NCBI GenBank assembly: GCA_002269645.1
Contig: NIVC01000384.1
Coordinates: forward strand, 434,001-498,000
Direction: 5' to 3'
Length of the DNA: 64,000 nt
Source of the DNA: Macrostomum lignano
Lineage: Eukaryota
In this document: positions 23,601 through 33,698 of the stretch, in pieces
Position numbering within the stretch: position 1 is the stretch's first letter
Layout: each line of letters starts with the position of its first letter
Position numbers and translations under genes: made by a program
Notes under the pieces: model-generated
Databases searched by the model: none
What the model was told of the DNA's origin: nothing
Seen by the model: the letters and a program-made list of their open reading frames with translations, nothing else

Positions 23601-26600
23601 ACTGCCGCATTGTCCTGATTGCTCCTCAGGTGAGAGACTGGTTTCAAGATGAGCAGTCTCAGCTGCAGCAAGTGGAGCCCTGCATCGTATTCCGACTGTT
23701 AGGTACGTCTCCGCAGAGTTCCTCTCTGCTAGTCCTGCTCACCAGCCTGTGTCACCAGCTGAGCTTTCTCTATGAGCAGCGCACGGTTGACATCCCCGAG
23801 GAGTTGCCCCGACTTATTCAGCACTTCAAGCAGCTCATGACCTTCGCCACTCTGCAGAGACCGCTGCTGGTGTTCCTTGACTCTCTGGAAGAACTATCGC
23901 CTGAGAACAATGCTCACCTGCTCCTGTGGCTGCCAGATAAGCTTCCACCAAACGTCAAAGTAGTATTGTCCTCGTTGCCAAACTTCCATGGCCTGTTGAA
24001 AACATTTAAGCTGAAGGTATCCAGAACTGAGAACTTCTTAAAGCTGGACGATCTTGGCAAGCCGCTGTCGCTTGAGGTGCTGAAAGTGTGGCTCCGGTCG
24101 GCTAACCGAAGCATCACCGAGCAGCAGTGGCAGGTGGTCGACAAAGCCATTTCAAAGTGCGCCTCACCGCTGTTTGTCAAGATTGTCTTCGACGAGATAA
24201 CGCGCTGGCGCTCCTACGATTCGCCGGAGAAAACCGTGCTGTCCTTCAACATCTTCGACGGCATCATGCAGCTGTTCCAGCGCATCGAGAACCAGCACGG
24301 CCTCATACTGGTCACCCATGCTTTTTCCTACATCACAGCGTCAAAGAGCGGCATCTCCGAGTCCGAGCTGGAGGACAGCCTCTCCTTGGACGAGAAGGTT
24401 CTCAACGATGTGTATCAGTACCACCTGCCTCCCAGCAGGCGCATTCCTCCGCTGCTCTGGACGCGAATTCGCAATGAACTGCCCGGCTTCCTGGTTGAGA
24501 AGGAAGCGGACGGGGCGAGCGTGGTCTACTGGTACCACCGGCAGTTCTTCCAGGTATGCGAGAAACGTTACTTTAAGAATCTCAACTTCAAATCGAGCAT
24601 CCATTCGAACCTGGCCGATTACTACCTGGGCAAGTGGGCCGGCGTTCCCAAGCCGTTCGCCTACAGCGAGCTGCAGAAGCAGCGCTTCGGATTGAAGGAC
24701 GTCAATTCAGAGAGCGACCGGATGGTACCGCCGCAACCGCTGCGTCTGAACGACGGCACCTCGCGGACAGCGGCTCGGTACAACCTGCGCAAGCTCAGCG
24801 AGCTGCCCTTCCAGCTGCTCAAGTCCGGCCGAATGGCGGAGTTAGCTAGTGAATGCCTCTTCAACTACCAGTTCCTTCATGCCAAGCTCAGCGCTTTTCC
24901 TCTGCAGGCGCTCTTGTCAGATCTGGACAGCATGATCGCGAAAACCAACGACAAGGACGCTCGGATTCTCAGCGAATGCCTCCGCTTATCAGCCAGCATC
25001 ATCACCAAGAGCCCGAACATGCTAGGGCCGCAGGTCAGTGGTCGCCTGTTGCCCTACTACGCAAACTACGAAAAAGTTCGCAACCTCATCCACGAGTGCG
25101 ACCGGGAAGGCCCGACCCACTGCGCTCTGGTGCCTGGACATCACTATCTGTACACTCCGGGTGGACCTCTGGAGTACTCACTCGAGGGTCATCAGTTTGC
25201 CTGCTACGGTATGCAGGTGACCAGTGACAGCAACTACCTGGTATCCGTGTCCAATCAGTTCATCATCTGGGACCTGCAGACAGGAGAAATATTTCGTAAT
25301 ATACCTGTGCTCGGCCTGCAGGGAATCACTCGCGGGATGAGCGTCGATTCAGAGGACAGGCGGGCAGTGAGTTACACAAGCAACAACCAGCTGGTGTTCA
25401 CAGACTTGGTCTCCGGTGAGCATAAGTTCTACGATATGCCCAGGGAGGCCGAAATTCGCGGGGTCTTAATCACATCGGCGACCTGCCTTGCGTATACGGC
25501 GCGCGGCTGGTCGGAGTTCAGTCACTCCGCCGAGCTGACGAGCTCAAATCAGCTGCCTGAGAAAGAAGACGGCTGCGTCGAGGAGATTTTGCACTTTGGC
25601 TTTAGCGGAGACAGCGGCGGTGGAGATTCCGACAGGGAATTCTACTTCTGCACATCCGTTGCCATGGTAGACGCACGAGGCTCCGGCGGCGTGGACGCCG
25701 GAGAATCATCAACGACTAGAGAGTTTAAGCTTTACTTTTGTAGAGACATTACGCGCAGCCTTCGCTACCACACAGGTCTGGCGATGGGTCGGCAGCAGTA
25801 CTTTCTGGCTGAGCGCTCCAAAGAGGACGCCTCGCTTGACTTTGCTATCCATCGATATGTCAGAAACCATCAAGGTGGAAGCGACCGAGACGCTGGATTC
25901 GGCGTTAGAGAGGCAGCCTACGTTCACAATGTCGAGGAGTTTTGCGGCTTGACACTCAGCGATGATGAATCTATTCTGGTGGCCGCCTGCTCCAACGAGT
26001 TTAAGCTGTGGCACCTCACCTCGCAGAATCGTCCCTGCGTTCTGGCACTTCTGCCCAAAGGCTGCCAGAATATACCGAATCGGAACCCTATGCAGAACCT
26101 GGTTGCTTTCAGTCGTGGCAACGAGTTTATGGTTGCCGCTCTGCGCCACTTGGTCCTGGTCTACTCCTGCAAAACCGGCACCCTCATGAAGAAACTGGAC
26201 GCTCATTTCGGCCGCGTCATCGCGTTGACTAGCTCGGCACCGTTGAACCGCCTCATATCATCCGCTATGGACAAAACCATCAAGGTTTGGAACTTCAACA
26301 ACATCATGGAGCGCGTGTTCAGCATTCCCCACATGGAGAAGCCAATAGATTCGATTTCACTAGCAAAAGACGGTAGGACAGCGCTGACTGTAGCTCGCAC
26401 CCACCTGGGGCTGTGGGACCTTCAGCGGGGTCACTTACTGCGGACCTTCTCGGCAAGTGGCAGCGCTATTATCTTCAAGGCGATCATCTCGCACGATGCA
26501 ACCGCAGCCGTATCTGGTGACAACCGACGTCTGGTCTTCTGGCGTCTACCAGAAGGCGAGGCGACGCAAACGCGAGACTGCGGGCCTGTGGTTGGACTCG

Positions 26601-27556
26601 AGCTGTCGCAGGATGGCGCCAAGTTGGTTGCAGTTAGCACTGACAAGCGAGCCCCGAAAACAACCAGCCTGGTGTGCTATTCCATGCCCGGAGGGGAACT
26701 TCTTTTCGAATTCGAATACTACCAAGGCGCCGAGTTTGTGGCGCCAATTTTTGCGCTGGACAGCGCCAGACTGCTCGTGCCATGCGCTGCCAACGACGAC
26801 GACTTTATCGTGTCGTTTTACGACGCCGCGTCCGGTGCTTTCCTCGACAAGACGAAGCCGCGGTTAGGCGGCAATGACGCAAAGCCGGTGCGCCAGCTGG
26901 TGGCCTTGCCCGGCAAGCCGGCCTGGCTCGGCCTCATCACTGAGGACCGCGGACACATCTGGGATGTCAGGAAGAAAGCGGCAGTGCGCTCGGTGCCCGA
27001 GTGGCAGGGCGACGTTACGTCCGACGGCGCCTACGGGCTCTTCTCCCCGCTGATCGGGGGCGTGAAGCTGCTCGACCTGCGCAAGCCGCAGCACTCCAAG
27101 TGGATCCTGCGACGCCAGGCTGCCGACGGAGTCTTCCCCAGCTTGACCGTGTTCACCAACAACGACAAGTACATCGTACACTTTCACAGCGGTCGCAAGA
27201 CGGTGCGGCTTATTCGCGTCGCAGACGGCGCTTTACTAGCCGACTTTAAGGTGCACGCCGAGGTCAAAGCGCTGGTCGGATGTGTTGACAACCTCGGCGT
27301 CGTCTGCGGCGGCGTCGACGGTTCGCTGACGCTGCTGGTGATTGCGGATCCGTCGGAGCCCGACTTCGCCGAGCAACTGGCGTCTCTACCAAGCCGTAGC
27401 GTGGAGTTGGTGCTGCGCGACCGAGCTGGAGGCGGCAGCGGCGGTGGCGACGAGGCTGCGAATCTGCCGATGGCGGCGGGCGTGAGGGTGGCTCGGCTGG
27501 TCAGTCAGTGGCGCATGAGTCGGGTGGACAACTCTAAGGCCTGCTGCGTGCAGTAG
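5602..27556 (+). CDS. NWD2: NACHT and WD-repeat domain protein (NWD1/NWD2 family STAND NTPase), multi-exon
   Basis: Inferred exons: 5602-5677, 5764-7920, 8015-8103, 18772-19098, 19999-20143, 21750-22028, 23002-23147, 23372-23506, 23630-27556. All have GT-AG boundaries with compatible phases. Motifs: [44 protein letters not shown]-loop GDPGCGKT, Walker [17 protein letters not shown]40 repeats, C-terminal CCVQ. NWD1 versus NWD2 orthology cannot be resolved by eye. Confidence 0.92.
6640..7420 (+). repeat. Coding tandem repeat (14 copies of an 18-23 aa unit [18 protein letters not shown]) in the NWD N-terminal exon
   Basis: PQSEQ occurs 14 times in the 5763..8009 translation; DNA units of ~54-69 nt are nearly identical. 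Confidence 0.93.
8160..8290. repeat. Left, degenerate part of the 15-bp minisatellite (GACAGAATACACATG) split by the Maverick
   Basis: Units decay leftwards (gacagaatacacatgg, acaaaatacacatgg, gacagaatgcccacat) and resume at 18380. Confidence 0.8.
8291..8817 (+). repeat. Left terminal inverted repeat of the Maverick
   Basis: Reverse complement of ~17850-18379, except a small indel near 8431-8440; weaker similarity continues to ~8877. Contains internal ACTGTCCATAT subrepeats and an ~85-90-bp direct duplication. Confidence 0.95.
9488..10000 (+). CDS. Maverick left-arm ORF1, 170 aa, unknown function
   Basis: ATG start ~130 nt after a GGGTATATAAGC box. No recognisable motif. Its 3' end is duplicated in decayed form at ~9120-9310. 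Confidence 0.6.
   Translation: MSWISRDYPLLSNEEKDEYEALKKYADWLCICHSKPISERLVTFNAKVEEIDQGPYDSQDYAAARINEQLRDKMRFKADLARMERLLAPILSEEHRQKIRFRNHQDLYNPSWEEQQKIWNFWLPKHKRNRPPKLELPSTWSKDFSTPPTPAPENRNKRFIFSGIPITTTL
10119..10829 (+). CDS. Maverick left-arm ORF2, 236 aa; possible OB-fold ssDNA-binding protein with Lys-rich tail/NLS
   Basis: ATG ~70 nt after the second GGGTATATAAGC box. [11 protein letters not shown]...[10 protein letters not shown]...[10 protein letters not shown] resembles the C-terminal strands of T7 gp2.5/NCLDV-type SSBs (manual pattern match only). The last ~55 aa are very basic. Confidence 0.6.
   Translation: METVQDFNCVKRELLALKPRGPSFNGVETFDIEYDEQGPLYLANAVPVLIVKGVRTDNEGREFIIIAQKHIESCIPYTFNTVAEHLSSESLALLGYNPAFGGDSAAFGLAHDFKMYDQNGLPVEDYKNKSGYYRILFTLDTAVIRDAVLTAMPKIQQLQFVEEAKQAFDRCYWTPPPKIKVGAKKVSKKAKKPPKLVKEKQPKVPKNQARKRQHQSKLVAANESKKRSKAPRRIRK
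10849..11328 (+). CDS. Maverick left-arm ORF3: divergent TATA-binding-protein (TBP)-like protein
   Basis: Two-repeat match to the TBP core: [14 protein letters not shown] ~ NIVSTVNLGCKLDL; [14 protein letters not shown] ~ TTALIF..MVCTGAKS; [12 protein letters not shown] ~ YEPELFPGLIYR; [25 protein letters not shown] ~ [25 protein letters not shown]. The frame is open from 10777 but the first ATG is at 10900, so the start is uncertain. Confidence 0.7.
   Translation: MQNVECVNRVFCAKWSRMPDLDWASARTFRRPRALINLRIGKCTINFFQRSLSAIVFGCRSINQVLRLFPQCKPISVVVTTSTYRAEVDRWPNFFQIAYLGSSWVKWECEVFNGIVIKSPFRNAKCLLCGKNGRLVFLGIRNFKELCQMYDHVTSVLHV
11451..11807 (+). CDS. Maverick small basic virion protein with C-terminal amphipathic GGFLP segment (pX/'gasderminX'-like)
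   Basis: ATG 11451 lies ~40 nt after [27 protein letters not shown]...[11 protein letters not shown] and [27 protein letters not shown] fit the conserved animal Maverick/adintovirus ORF. Confidence 0.75.
   Translation: MTNGISRLCSCRGELAELAKARPTLRRAIIRGAGKELIHCLCELSHNVLRGNIDLSPKQYLRLKRYRRSLRELADTKLSINRKKNMLLSNPQVGGFLPILASVAAPLISSLFGGLLGR
11809..12459 (+). CDS. Maverick conserved accessory protein (PZ-like)
   Basis: ATG 11809 directly follows the upstream stop. The motif [23 protein letters not shown] resembles the W..GE...G..I.GSNI.DL motif of Maverick ORFs that precede the integrase. Confidence 0.6.
   Translation: MNKYVVVPEEEFNRLSQGAPREIASKTEYEKLIEYNTQLQNKLSQIKQKKSNRFPERQQRVWDMLTERYPNLEYNKSWEIVFDGKTWPGSNIFDLLKEITSNERRDRPSPKYSTAFWALAEEADIAKALLGRRQQEEVSVKKEVGTDPDRDDFLVEQAIGTNDFYNDFHKDQASGLNEIKKYEDRGSDAYRHASYQLREPKRRQKPAVKYETLKKL
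12597..13544 (+). pseudogene. Maverick rve/DDE integrase with C-terminal chromodomain, disrupted by a frameshift and an internal deletion
   Basis: Catalytic motifs [16 protein letters not shown] and AERLIRTL, plus YNNTVHS and GDFVRISK. There is a +1 shift at the T-run ~12910-12914. After YRISDL (~13458) the frame jumps to the chromodomain remnant [21 protein letters not shown] (13461-13544), and the usual intervening segment is absent. Confidence 0.9.
13579..14732 (+). CDS. Maverick minor capsid protein (penton), one frameshift near 14370
   Basis: N-terminus LFLSSN...YPENN..HYSINLP..L; C-terminus LAAILGF...[30 protein letters not shown]...YLPL...[11 protein letters not shown]. ORFs 13579..14454 and 14472..14732 are joined by a -1 shift. 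Confidence 0.88.
14777..15169 (+). CDS. Maverick basic core (pVII-like) protein
   Basis: [29 protein letters not shown], second QRGSG, Arg/Lys-rich tail. Positioned between penton and MCP as in animal Mavericks. Confidence 0.8.
   Translation: MPSILIGGALPVFSGAQRGNGLFGSIARFALPILKSFGKNILRHGTRALATTVSDTLDQGGNLKEAALRNSVQAAKDAFKDTVAQRGSGRQRRRKMTNKKTRKRLQHSDIFDSINKKTRAKTDLSIRAPH
15188..16471 (+). CDS. Maverick major capsid protein (double jelly-roll, hexon-like), intact 427 aa
   Basis: CTKSEFELF..., [45 protein letters not shown]...[23 protein letters not shown]...L....[10 protein letters not shown] are all typical Polinton MCP motifs. Confidence 0.95.
   Translation: MTECLCTKSEFELFAPRAHQIAAISATTEEVHPVASVENASVVEFRIVGGETFIDLNDIDLEIKARVKQSNGTNLAADSNVAPVNYVLESMFKNVTLTINGTQVESSNNNHAYKAYIRTCLNYGHDSKTNQLRMMGYAKDAGGQMAVVGNPGFVARKAMAANSRTFHLYGPLSLDFFVTNDRMLLPYTDMVTTLTMHNSGFVLENHADGVDARLVLESAKLHVRRVKANPQLALEIEEQLGKQNAIYPIERLVVHNTSVAGGVRDMSINNIFPEQKPKLVVVGMVNSGAYNGVATHNPFNFEPFSADSVALYKDGVSLCGQPFTPRFGVHNYAREYAMLLKSLGKMNRDLDIDVSYSDYGAGYCFFAWNLMPDMELGGHSMPRERGNLTLQIKFSAALAAGINVLVFGYFDNTVQITRGRQVILDYV
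16522..16971 (+). CDS. Maverick adenain-like cysteine protease (C5 family), intact
   Basis: VINFD...PGTHW (His), FFDP (Asp), Q...S.TCG (oxyanion Gln and catalytic Cys). Confidence 0.93.
   Translation: MNSLDILERLILPVPVRVTPVDRIPQPVYPAAYVINFDTGNLPGTHWALICLHADESVTFFDPLCIDPVPDLLKLWIAKYVPVEVAMNRHPVQHQLSVTCGAHVIFVAEKHFLEGLSIEKILRDCYSTNLYENDLMVQNHCLQIKQHHP
16974..17624 (+). CDS. Maverick genome-packaging ATPase (FtsK/HerA, A32-like), intact
   Basis: Walker [10 protein letters not shown], Walker B LLVVDD, FTRKVSH...[18 protein letters not shown]; AATAAA at ~17620. Confidence 0.95.
   Translation: MIGLPIKMYQTIDPDSLKFAPKTSAIFAGVAQSGKTTLVKNLLRQEFFQDPKPIRVDWFGHYPDPELFELPYPVNFRSCTFDPEQYVPEPNILLVVDDQMHAMEKSGAFTTFFTRKVSHVGFRLWYLVQNLFAKGKEHRTQSLNSNYLVLFRNVRDASTVSHIARQLVPTNPKSFVKTYEDATRDPYSYLIVNCLQNAPARYYSNVLGRHPIVYAK
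17850..18379 (-). repeat. Right terminal inverted repeat of the Maverick
   Basis: Reverse complement of the left TIR; ends in ...TTACGTAGT, followed by the TSD CAGAAT. Confidence 0.95.
18380..18770. repeat. 15-bp minisatellite (CAGAATACACATGGA)n, ~26 copies, running into the splice acceptor at 18771
   Basis: Near-perfect units; the last unit degenerates into ...ACACACGCCAG|GTC. Confidence 0.97.
19220..19652. mobile_element. MITE copy 2 (inverted relative to 4767-5209), in an NWD intron
   Basis: Ends are CACATACTAAAATAACTAGATGGGCCACTCAG and CTGAGTGGCCTATCTAGTTATTCTAGTATCTGTG. The internal sequence matches the reverse complement of copy 1. Confidence 0.75.
20245..20700. repeat. 24-bp intronic minisatellite (CAGTGTCCGAGGATCATTCCAAAA)n
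   Basis: About 16 near-identical units, with degenerate units continuing to ~20870. It produces the spurious ORFs at 19954-20808. Confidence 0.95.
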
Positions 27557-28943
27557 GGGGATTGAAGTGTTTCAACAGGAGCTACAGTCATCCATGCATA
27601 CCGAATGAAGCAATTTTTTTACCTCATTCAAAATATTTAGCTGACCACTTTAGATATCTTTGCAGAATTACGATTTTGAGTCCCTTGTTTTAGTCGATTT
27701 AGTCATATCTGTAAGCTATAGCTATTATACGTAAATGTCGAGCGTATTTGTCCAAGATTTTTAATTCGAATCAATGTAAGCTTAAGTTCATTATTGTCGA
27801 TAAATTGGCACAGATAAAAGCTTGATAATAAACTAGCTTAAATCAGATCAGGTAAGCATGCCTGCAACAACTGCAGCCTGCAGACGACGCCATTCTTTAA
27901 TGTACGAGCTACTTCTCGCATCGAATAATAGTTAAACAACTAAAATTTCTTTTGACCCACAGTTGCCCAGGTGTAAAATTCTCTTGTTCTAAACTTTCCT
28001 TGATAAAACAGATTAAAATATCTGACTTTCTTACTGAGAAAGTAAGTTTACCACCCTAACAAAAGTGCAATACAGCTTTTCTATATTTATTTTTCTAATT
28101 GCTTTCTTTAACGTGTAGTAAATAAGTATTGGAACTCTGCATATCCGTATGGATTTTAATTAGTCAATCAGAAGTCGAGGCAGCTTTGATAAATAATAAT
28201 CCAATAAAAGCACGCATTCAAAAGTCAAGTGTATTAACAGCTGATGCATGTAGTAGTGTACATTGTTCTTTATTTGTTTCAGTCATGAATAAATATGAAC
28301 AGCCTAATCTGATTCCCATCAAGGTTTCTAAAGATTTAATGTTCTTTAAGTCGGTTTAATCATCACAATATACTAAATCTCTATGATCTGACCGTAATAA
28401 GTTACTAATTGCCCTTCGTTTACAGTAACAATAAACTAAGTAAGCTGGTTCTATGGCATGTTCAAATATAACAAATGTGCGAGCCAATCTATTTTTAGAG
28501 CTGGGGTAGGCTAGCTGACTGTATGTACACTGCACTAAGGTCTTTTTTCTTACCCCAATGTACACACAGATATATGTACATTAGTATTAGGGCGAGTCTG
28601 AACGGGAGGGCTGGGTAAGAGAGAGAGACAATATTCCCGCCTTCCACTGCGGTGTACAATGAACGCACATTTAACGTTTAAACGTGCATAGCAGTGTGAT
28701 ATTTATCAATTTCTACTACCACTCTCCTCCAAGACACCAACTATATGAAGCATGCAATCCAAACAGAACAAAGCGATATACATGTGAAAGAAAATAAATA
28801 GATATTTACAAAATCATCTAGCAATATTGTGCGCAATCGTCACACAGACTCACGGGTGAGGCAAGGGATGCTTGCTACATTGCAAACAGCGCTAGATTCC
28901 ACCATGCTACTTTAAGGCTTAAGGAAGGAACAGAAAAATCTCA

Positions 28944-31638
28944 CTAATCACTCTCCAGCTCCACAAATTCTAACGCTTCGTTCACTTTTCCGACAACGGC
29001 TCCGCTTTGCTTCGCTGTTGAAGGCTCGAAATTGTCTTTTTCTTTGGATTTTTTCTGCTTTTTGTCCTTCTTTTTCGCTTTCTTTTCCTTGTCCGTCGGT
29101 TGTACGTCATTAGCATCCTCTGCCGAGGCCCCTTTTTTAGTCTTAGTTGATTCAGCTTTATCTTTCTCTTTTCTGCCGCCACTATCTTTGTTCTTTTCCT
29201 TCTCTTTCTTCTTCTTTTTCTTTGATTTTTCTTTTTCACCGTCGTTCTCGGATTTGTCGTCGTCCAAAGCGCCGCCACCTTTGCCGTCCTCGGCGTCGCT
29301 GCCCTCGCTGCCGCTGTTGCGGGACCGCCAGCGAGGCCGGCGGATGGTCAGCTTGTCGCGGATCTTCTTGCCAACCGACTCCTGCAGCTCCGGGATGTTG
29401 TCGGCGTTGCCACTGCGGCTGCTCCGATCGGCGTCCGAGTTGGCGCCGTCGCTGTCGTTGGTGACGATCACACAAACGCCGTCGTCGCGTTGACGACGAC
29501 TCAATGACAAGTCGGCGTCCGATGTCGACGAGCGTCGACGTCGATTGAGCCGGCGCTGTTGACCAGAGTCGACGCGCTCGCCCCATTCGCTGGCGCAGTC
29601 GCCGTCGCCGCTGCCGTGCGCTGAGGACGCTTTGCGCTTCTCTCGGTGCTTTCTGATCTTGTTGCCCAGCTTGTAGCCGGACTCGATTGGGAACTGCACG
29701 GTTCGGCGGTGCGCGTTTTGTTATTATTTAACAGCTGATTGTCTGTTGTTGAATTTGTGAGTTCATGGCTGAACTCACGGGTAAGTTCGTGAGTTCGTGA
29801 CTTCATAAATTCACCAAGATCGTGAGGTTTTCAGTACTTACTCGAATAACTTTGCCCATTTTCTTAAAACTCCTATGCCTCTTCGACAGCTCTTCCGGTT
29901 CCGCCTGCAATTCGCAAGAGAATTTTCAGCAGTTTCTTAGAAAGTGTAGTGACAGCCTATCTTTCTGTTGTTAATGTAAGAAAGAACACACAAAACAGCA
30001 TTTAAGATACTATCGAGTCTGTTGGCTTTGCAAATTGATACTGACTGACCCCTGGCACGGGCGATCTCGGATTGCGCCGCGACAGTCGACCAGTCGGATT
30101 CAAATTAAAGACGCCGCCGTTCGACTGGAAAAGTTCATGGAAAGAACTTTTGAGCCACGGATGAGGGGTCACGGTGAATCATGCAGCCCCAGACTACCGA
30201 GCAATAAACTTTTGAATAGTAATTTTGACAATTTTCTACGAAAATAGTGATAGCTAACTAACAACAAAACAACAACAGAATTGAATTTGTCTTGGCCTCC
30301 CCCGGAGAGATAAGAAGGAAGGAAAGAGGAGAGAACCGAGAAGAGACACAAACCCTGAGCGGACCAAATTGCTATTGTGAAGTTTCAAAGGACCCGAGGG
30401 CCGGATAGAGGAAGCTTCGCGGGCCGAAGTTTGCCGATCCATGACTTAGGTAGAAGCTTTACGCTAACGTAAAGCCAGATTTTGAATATTTTCTAAGATA
30501 CAAAGTTTCTCAAACCTCTACTCAAGTAAGTCTAAGCAATAATTTCATTGCCATCAGACAGGCTACCATAAAGCAAACAACAGCGCAGACTCACTTCATC
30601 TTCATCATTCTCATCAGCATCAGCATTATCGGTGTCTTCTCCGCTGCTCCTGCGACCTCCGCTAGCACCGTTTCTTTCCGGCTTTTTCGACCTGCTTGAT
30701 GTCGCTTTCGCCGTTGCGCCTTCAGTTTTGGAGCGTTTCTTTTTGTCCTTGTCGCTCTTTTTCTTGCTACCTTCGTCGCCGCCGCTGCTGCTGCTGTCGT
30801 CGAGTGCCTCGCCATCATCGTCCCCCTCTTCCTCCTCATCGTTGCTCCCGGCTCCGTTTTTCTCGCGTCGACGTCGCCTCGCCTCGCGCAGCTTCCGACG
30901 CGCCCGCTTCATGTAGTCCTCGCCTGCGATGATCTCGTCCGGCTGCTTGAAGATCAGCCGTCGCAGCTCCATCTTCTTCTCGTGCAGCCAGGCTTTGCGC
31001 TTGGCCGGCTTGTCGCGGGCCTCCTCGAGCTCAATCTGCGACACCAGCTGGAGCATTCGCTCGCGAATGGCCTCGCTGCGGAGCTCCTGCGGGATCGAAT
31101 GGCGGCCGTTGGGAGGCTTAGGCTAGATAGGGGACATTATTGGCAGTTTACATCTGAGAGACCAACTCAATTGACTTGTCTTAGCAATCAGATATTATCA
31201 TTGCTATTTATAGCTAGTAATTTTTCTGGGGCCTTGGTCAAGAAGAAGAAGGTACAGGTACACGTAAAAGGTAACGTATGAATGCAGAGAGAGGGACACT
31301 GTCCTACTGCCCTTGAGGACTGTCCTCCAGTTGCGTATGCCAATGTTTTATGGAGGTATAACCAAAATATAGATCCCCATTGAGTAGCAGTCCTAGCCGA
31401 TTTCATTCACCTTCTCACGCTGTAGCAGCCATCTGGGATTTTTGTTTGAAACAATGCCGCCATCCCGAGCAGATTTCGGCTCCTCTGCTGTTGCCGCCGC
31501 CGAATCGTCCGGCACGGTGAACAGTTTGAGAGTCTGGGCGCTGATTGGCGCGGGACCCTCCGCCGCCGCCGAGGTCCCCTGACTGGCACCGTCGATCACA
31601 GGTGAACGACCTCGCCTCCGATCTTTTTTACTGCTCAT
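28944..31638 (-). CDS. Highly charged, probably disordered orphan protein, 5 exons
   Basis: Inferred exons 31638-31411, 31122-30595, 30124-30050, 29904-29842 and 29693-28944 are all GT-AG and phase 0, and they join into one open frame rich in K/R/D/E/S. No domain recognised. Confidence 0.7.
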
Positions 31639-32159
31639 GATGCTGTTGTTGCTGCTGATGATGATGATGTTGAGTCAGAGTCGACCGACTTAGCTGTGTG
31701 CTCCTCACACTATGCTACTCTCAGTTTTTCTTACCTTAGCTTGAGCACGGCCATTTCAGCAGTCAGGCCATCTAACTGCACTTGAGTAGAGCATGATGAA
31801 GGGTTAGAAAAGATTCTGCACTGGGACAATGATGAAGACAGTTGCAGAGTAGGCGAATTGGGGTTGGTTGGCTTTTGGACACACTGCCCCCCCACCTGGG
31901 TTCAGTGTGGTTAAGTGTACTCACCACCCCTGCCTCACAGACCAGAGAAGAGTTTTTTGTGCGCGCGAGGTGTATGCCAGCGTGAAAATTGTGAGAGCCT
32001 TTTGCTTATGGCTGTACAATGCCCATGCCGTAGCTAGTGTGTTCAGCTTGCACAGTGAAATGAGTGAATAGTACGAATGACTTTGAGTTTCGGAAACCTC
32101 TCGCTCTTTCTATGCATTTTTGGCTCATGAAGAAGCTGATATTTAAATGAAGGAGGCTG

Positions 32160-32290
32160 CACGTTCTAATCGCAGAGATGTCAAGGCTTACTGGGGGAAT
32201 CGCAGAGATGTCAAGGCTTGTTGGGGGAATTGCAGAGATGTCAAGGCTTGTTGGGGGAATTGCAGAGATGTCAAGGCTTACGGGCGTAAT
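32160..32290. repeat. 30-bp tandem repeat (AATTGCAGAGATGTCAAGGCTTGTTGGGGG), ~4 copies
   Basis: Seen directly; related units occur at ~46820-46950. Confidence 0.8.
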
Positions 32291-32730
32291 TGCTTAGGTG
32301 TCAAGAAAAATAGGATTCAAATAAGTAATTTTCTCCAGAACGGGGCACTAAATTGCTAGTTTCTAAGACTGCTCGACTGATTCGAAATGGTTTCTAATTA
32401 AAGAATCAACAGATTTGTAGTGCGCTTTCAAGTTGACTCAAGACAAGTCATTTTGAAGCTGCCCGACGTGATATTATACTGTGCTCTGGGCTTCATTTAA
32501 TCATCTAGACTGCTCAGCAACTTGTTTGCTCTGGCCTGAAATAATTATTACTCCACGTTGGGTATTAATCCACTAATGCTTCATCCGTTGCTACAAATCG
32601 TGAAACTTCTGTCAGCACCAAATTCCCAATATGTCTGTCACCTTCGAAGCAAGCAAAATGCGGGTGAAGCTTCAGCAGCGCCTGTCTCTCTTGTGTACTT
32701 TTTCTAGGTCAACTTTTTCTCGGCTGTATT

Positions 32731-33197
<467 letters not shown>

Positions 33198-33698
33198 TAA
33201 AGCGACTTAAGTACCATGGTGTTAGGAAGCACACTTTTACCTTAACCGTTTCCCTGTATCCCAACTTTTGTCTAGCTTTATGTTTTTATTTTATCAATTC
33301 AAGCTCATACAACTATTGCTAAACAAATGAGGTATTTCTGAAATACGAAAGATTTATTAAGCTAAAAAGTCAAATATCGTTTGTAAAGATCTGTCCAAAC
33401 CGAACCGAAGTTATGACTAATACTTTCTTGAAAGATGCCACATAGTGTGTGTAAACTCGGTCAGCCTTCGTGTCTGTGCGTAAACCAACCCCACTCTATC
33501 GAGCCTATTCTCTCCATCAGTGTCTGACTCAGCAGCCTCCTCTCAAGCTATTCTCATTCTTCGAGCTAAAGAGATAAAAACTGTTTGAGCACAAGCAGGT
33601 ATAAAAATATCTTGGCCCAGGGTCATGCGGTCTGGCGTGCATCCAGCATTTTCAGCCGAGCAGAAACCTTAGACGCTAATTACAAGCAGTGCACGTCA

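Noticed and set aside
23914-27249. Numerous antisense and alternate-frame ORFs over the NWD last exon; similar ones over ELAV, BTB and the charged gene
   Set aside because: Expected shadows of GC-rich coding sequence, with no independent motifs.
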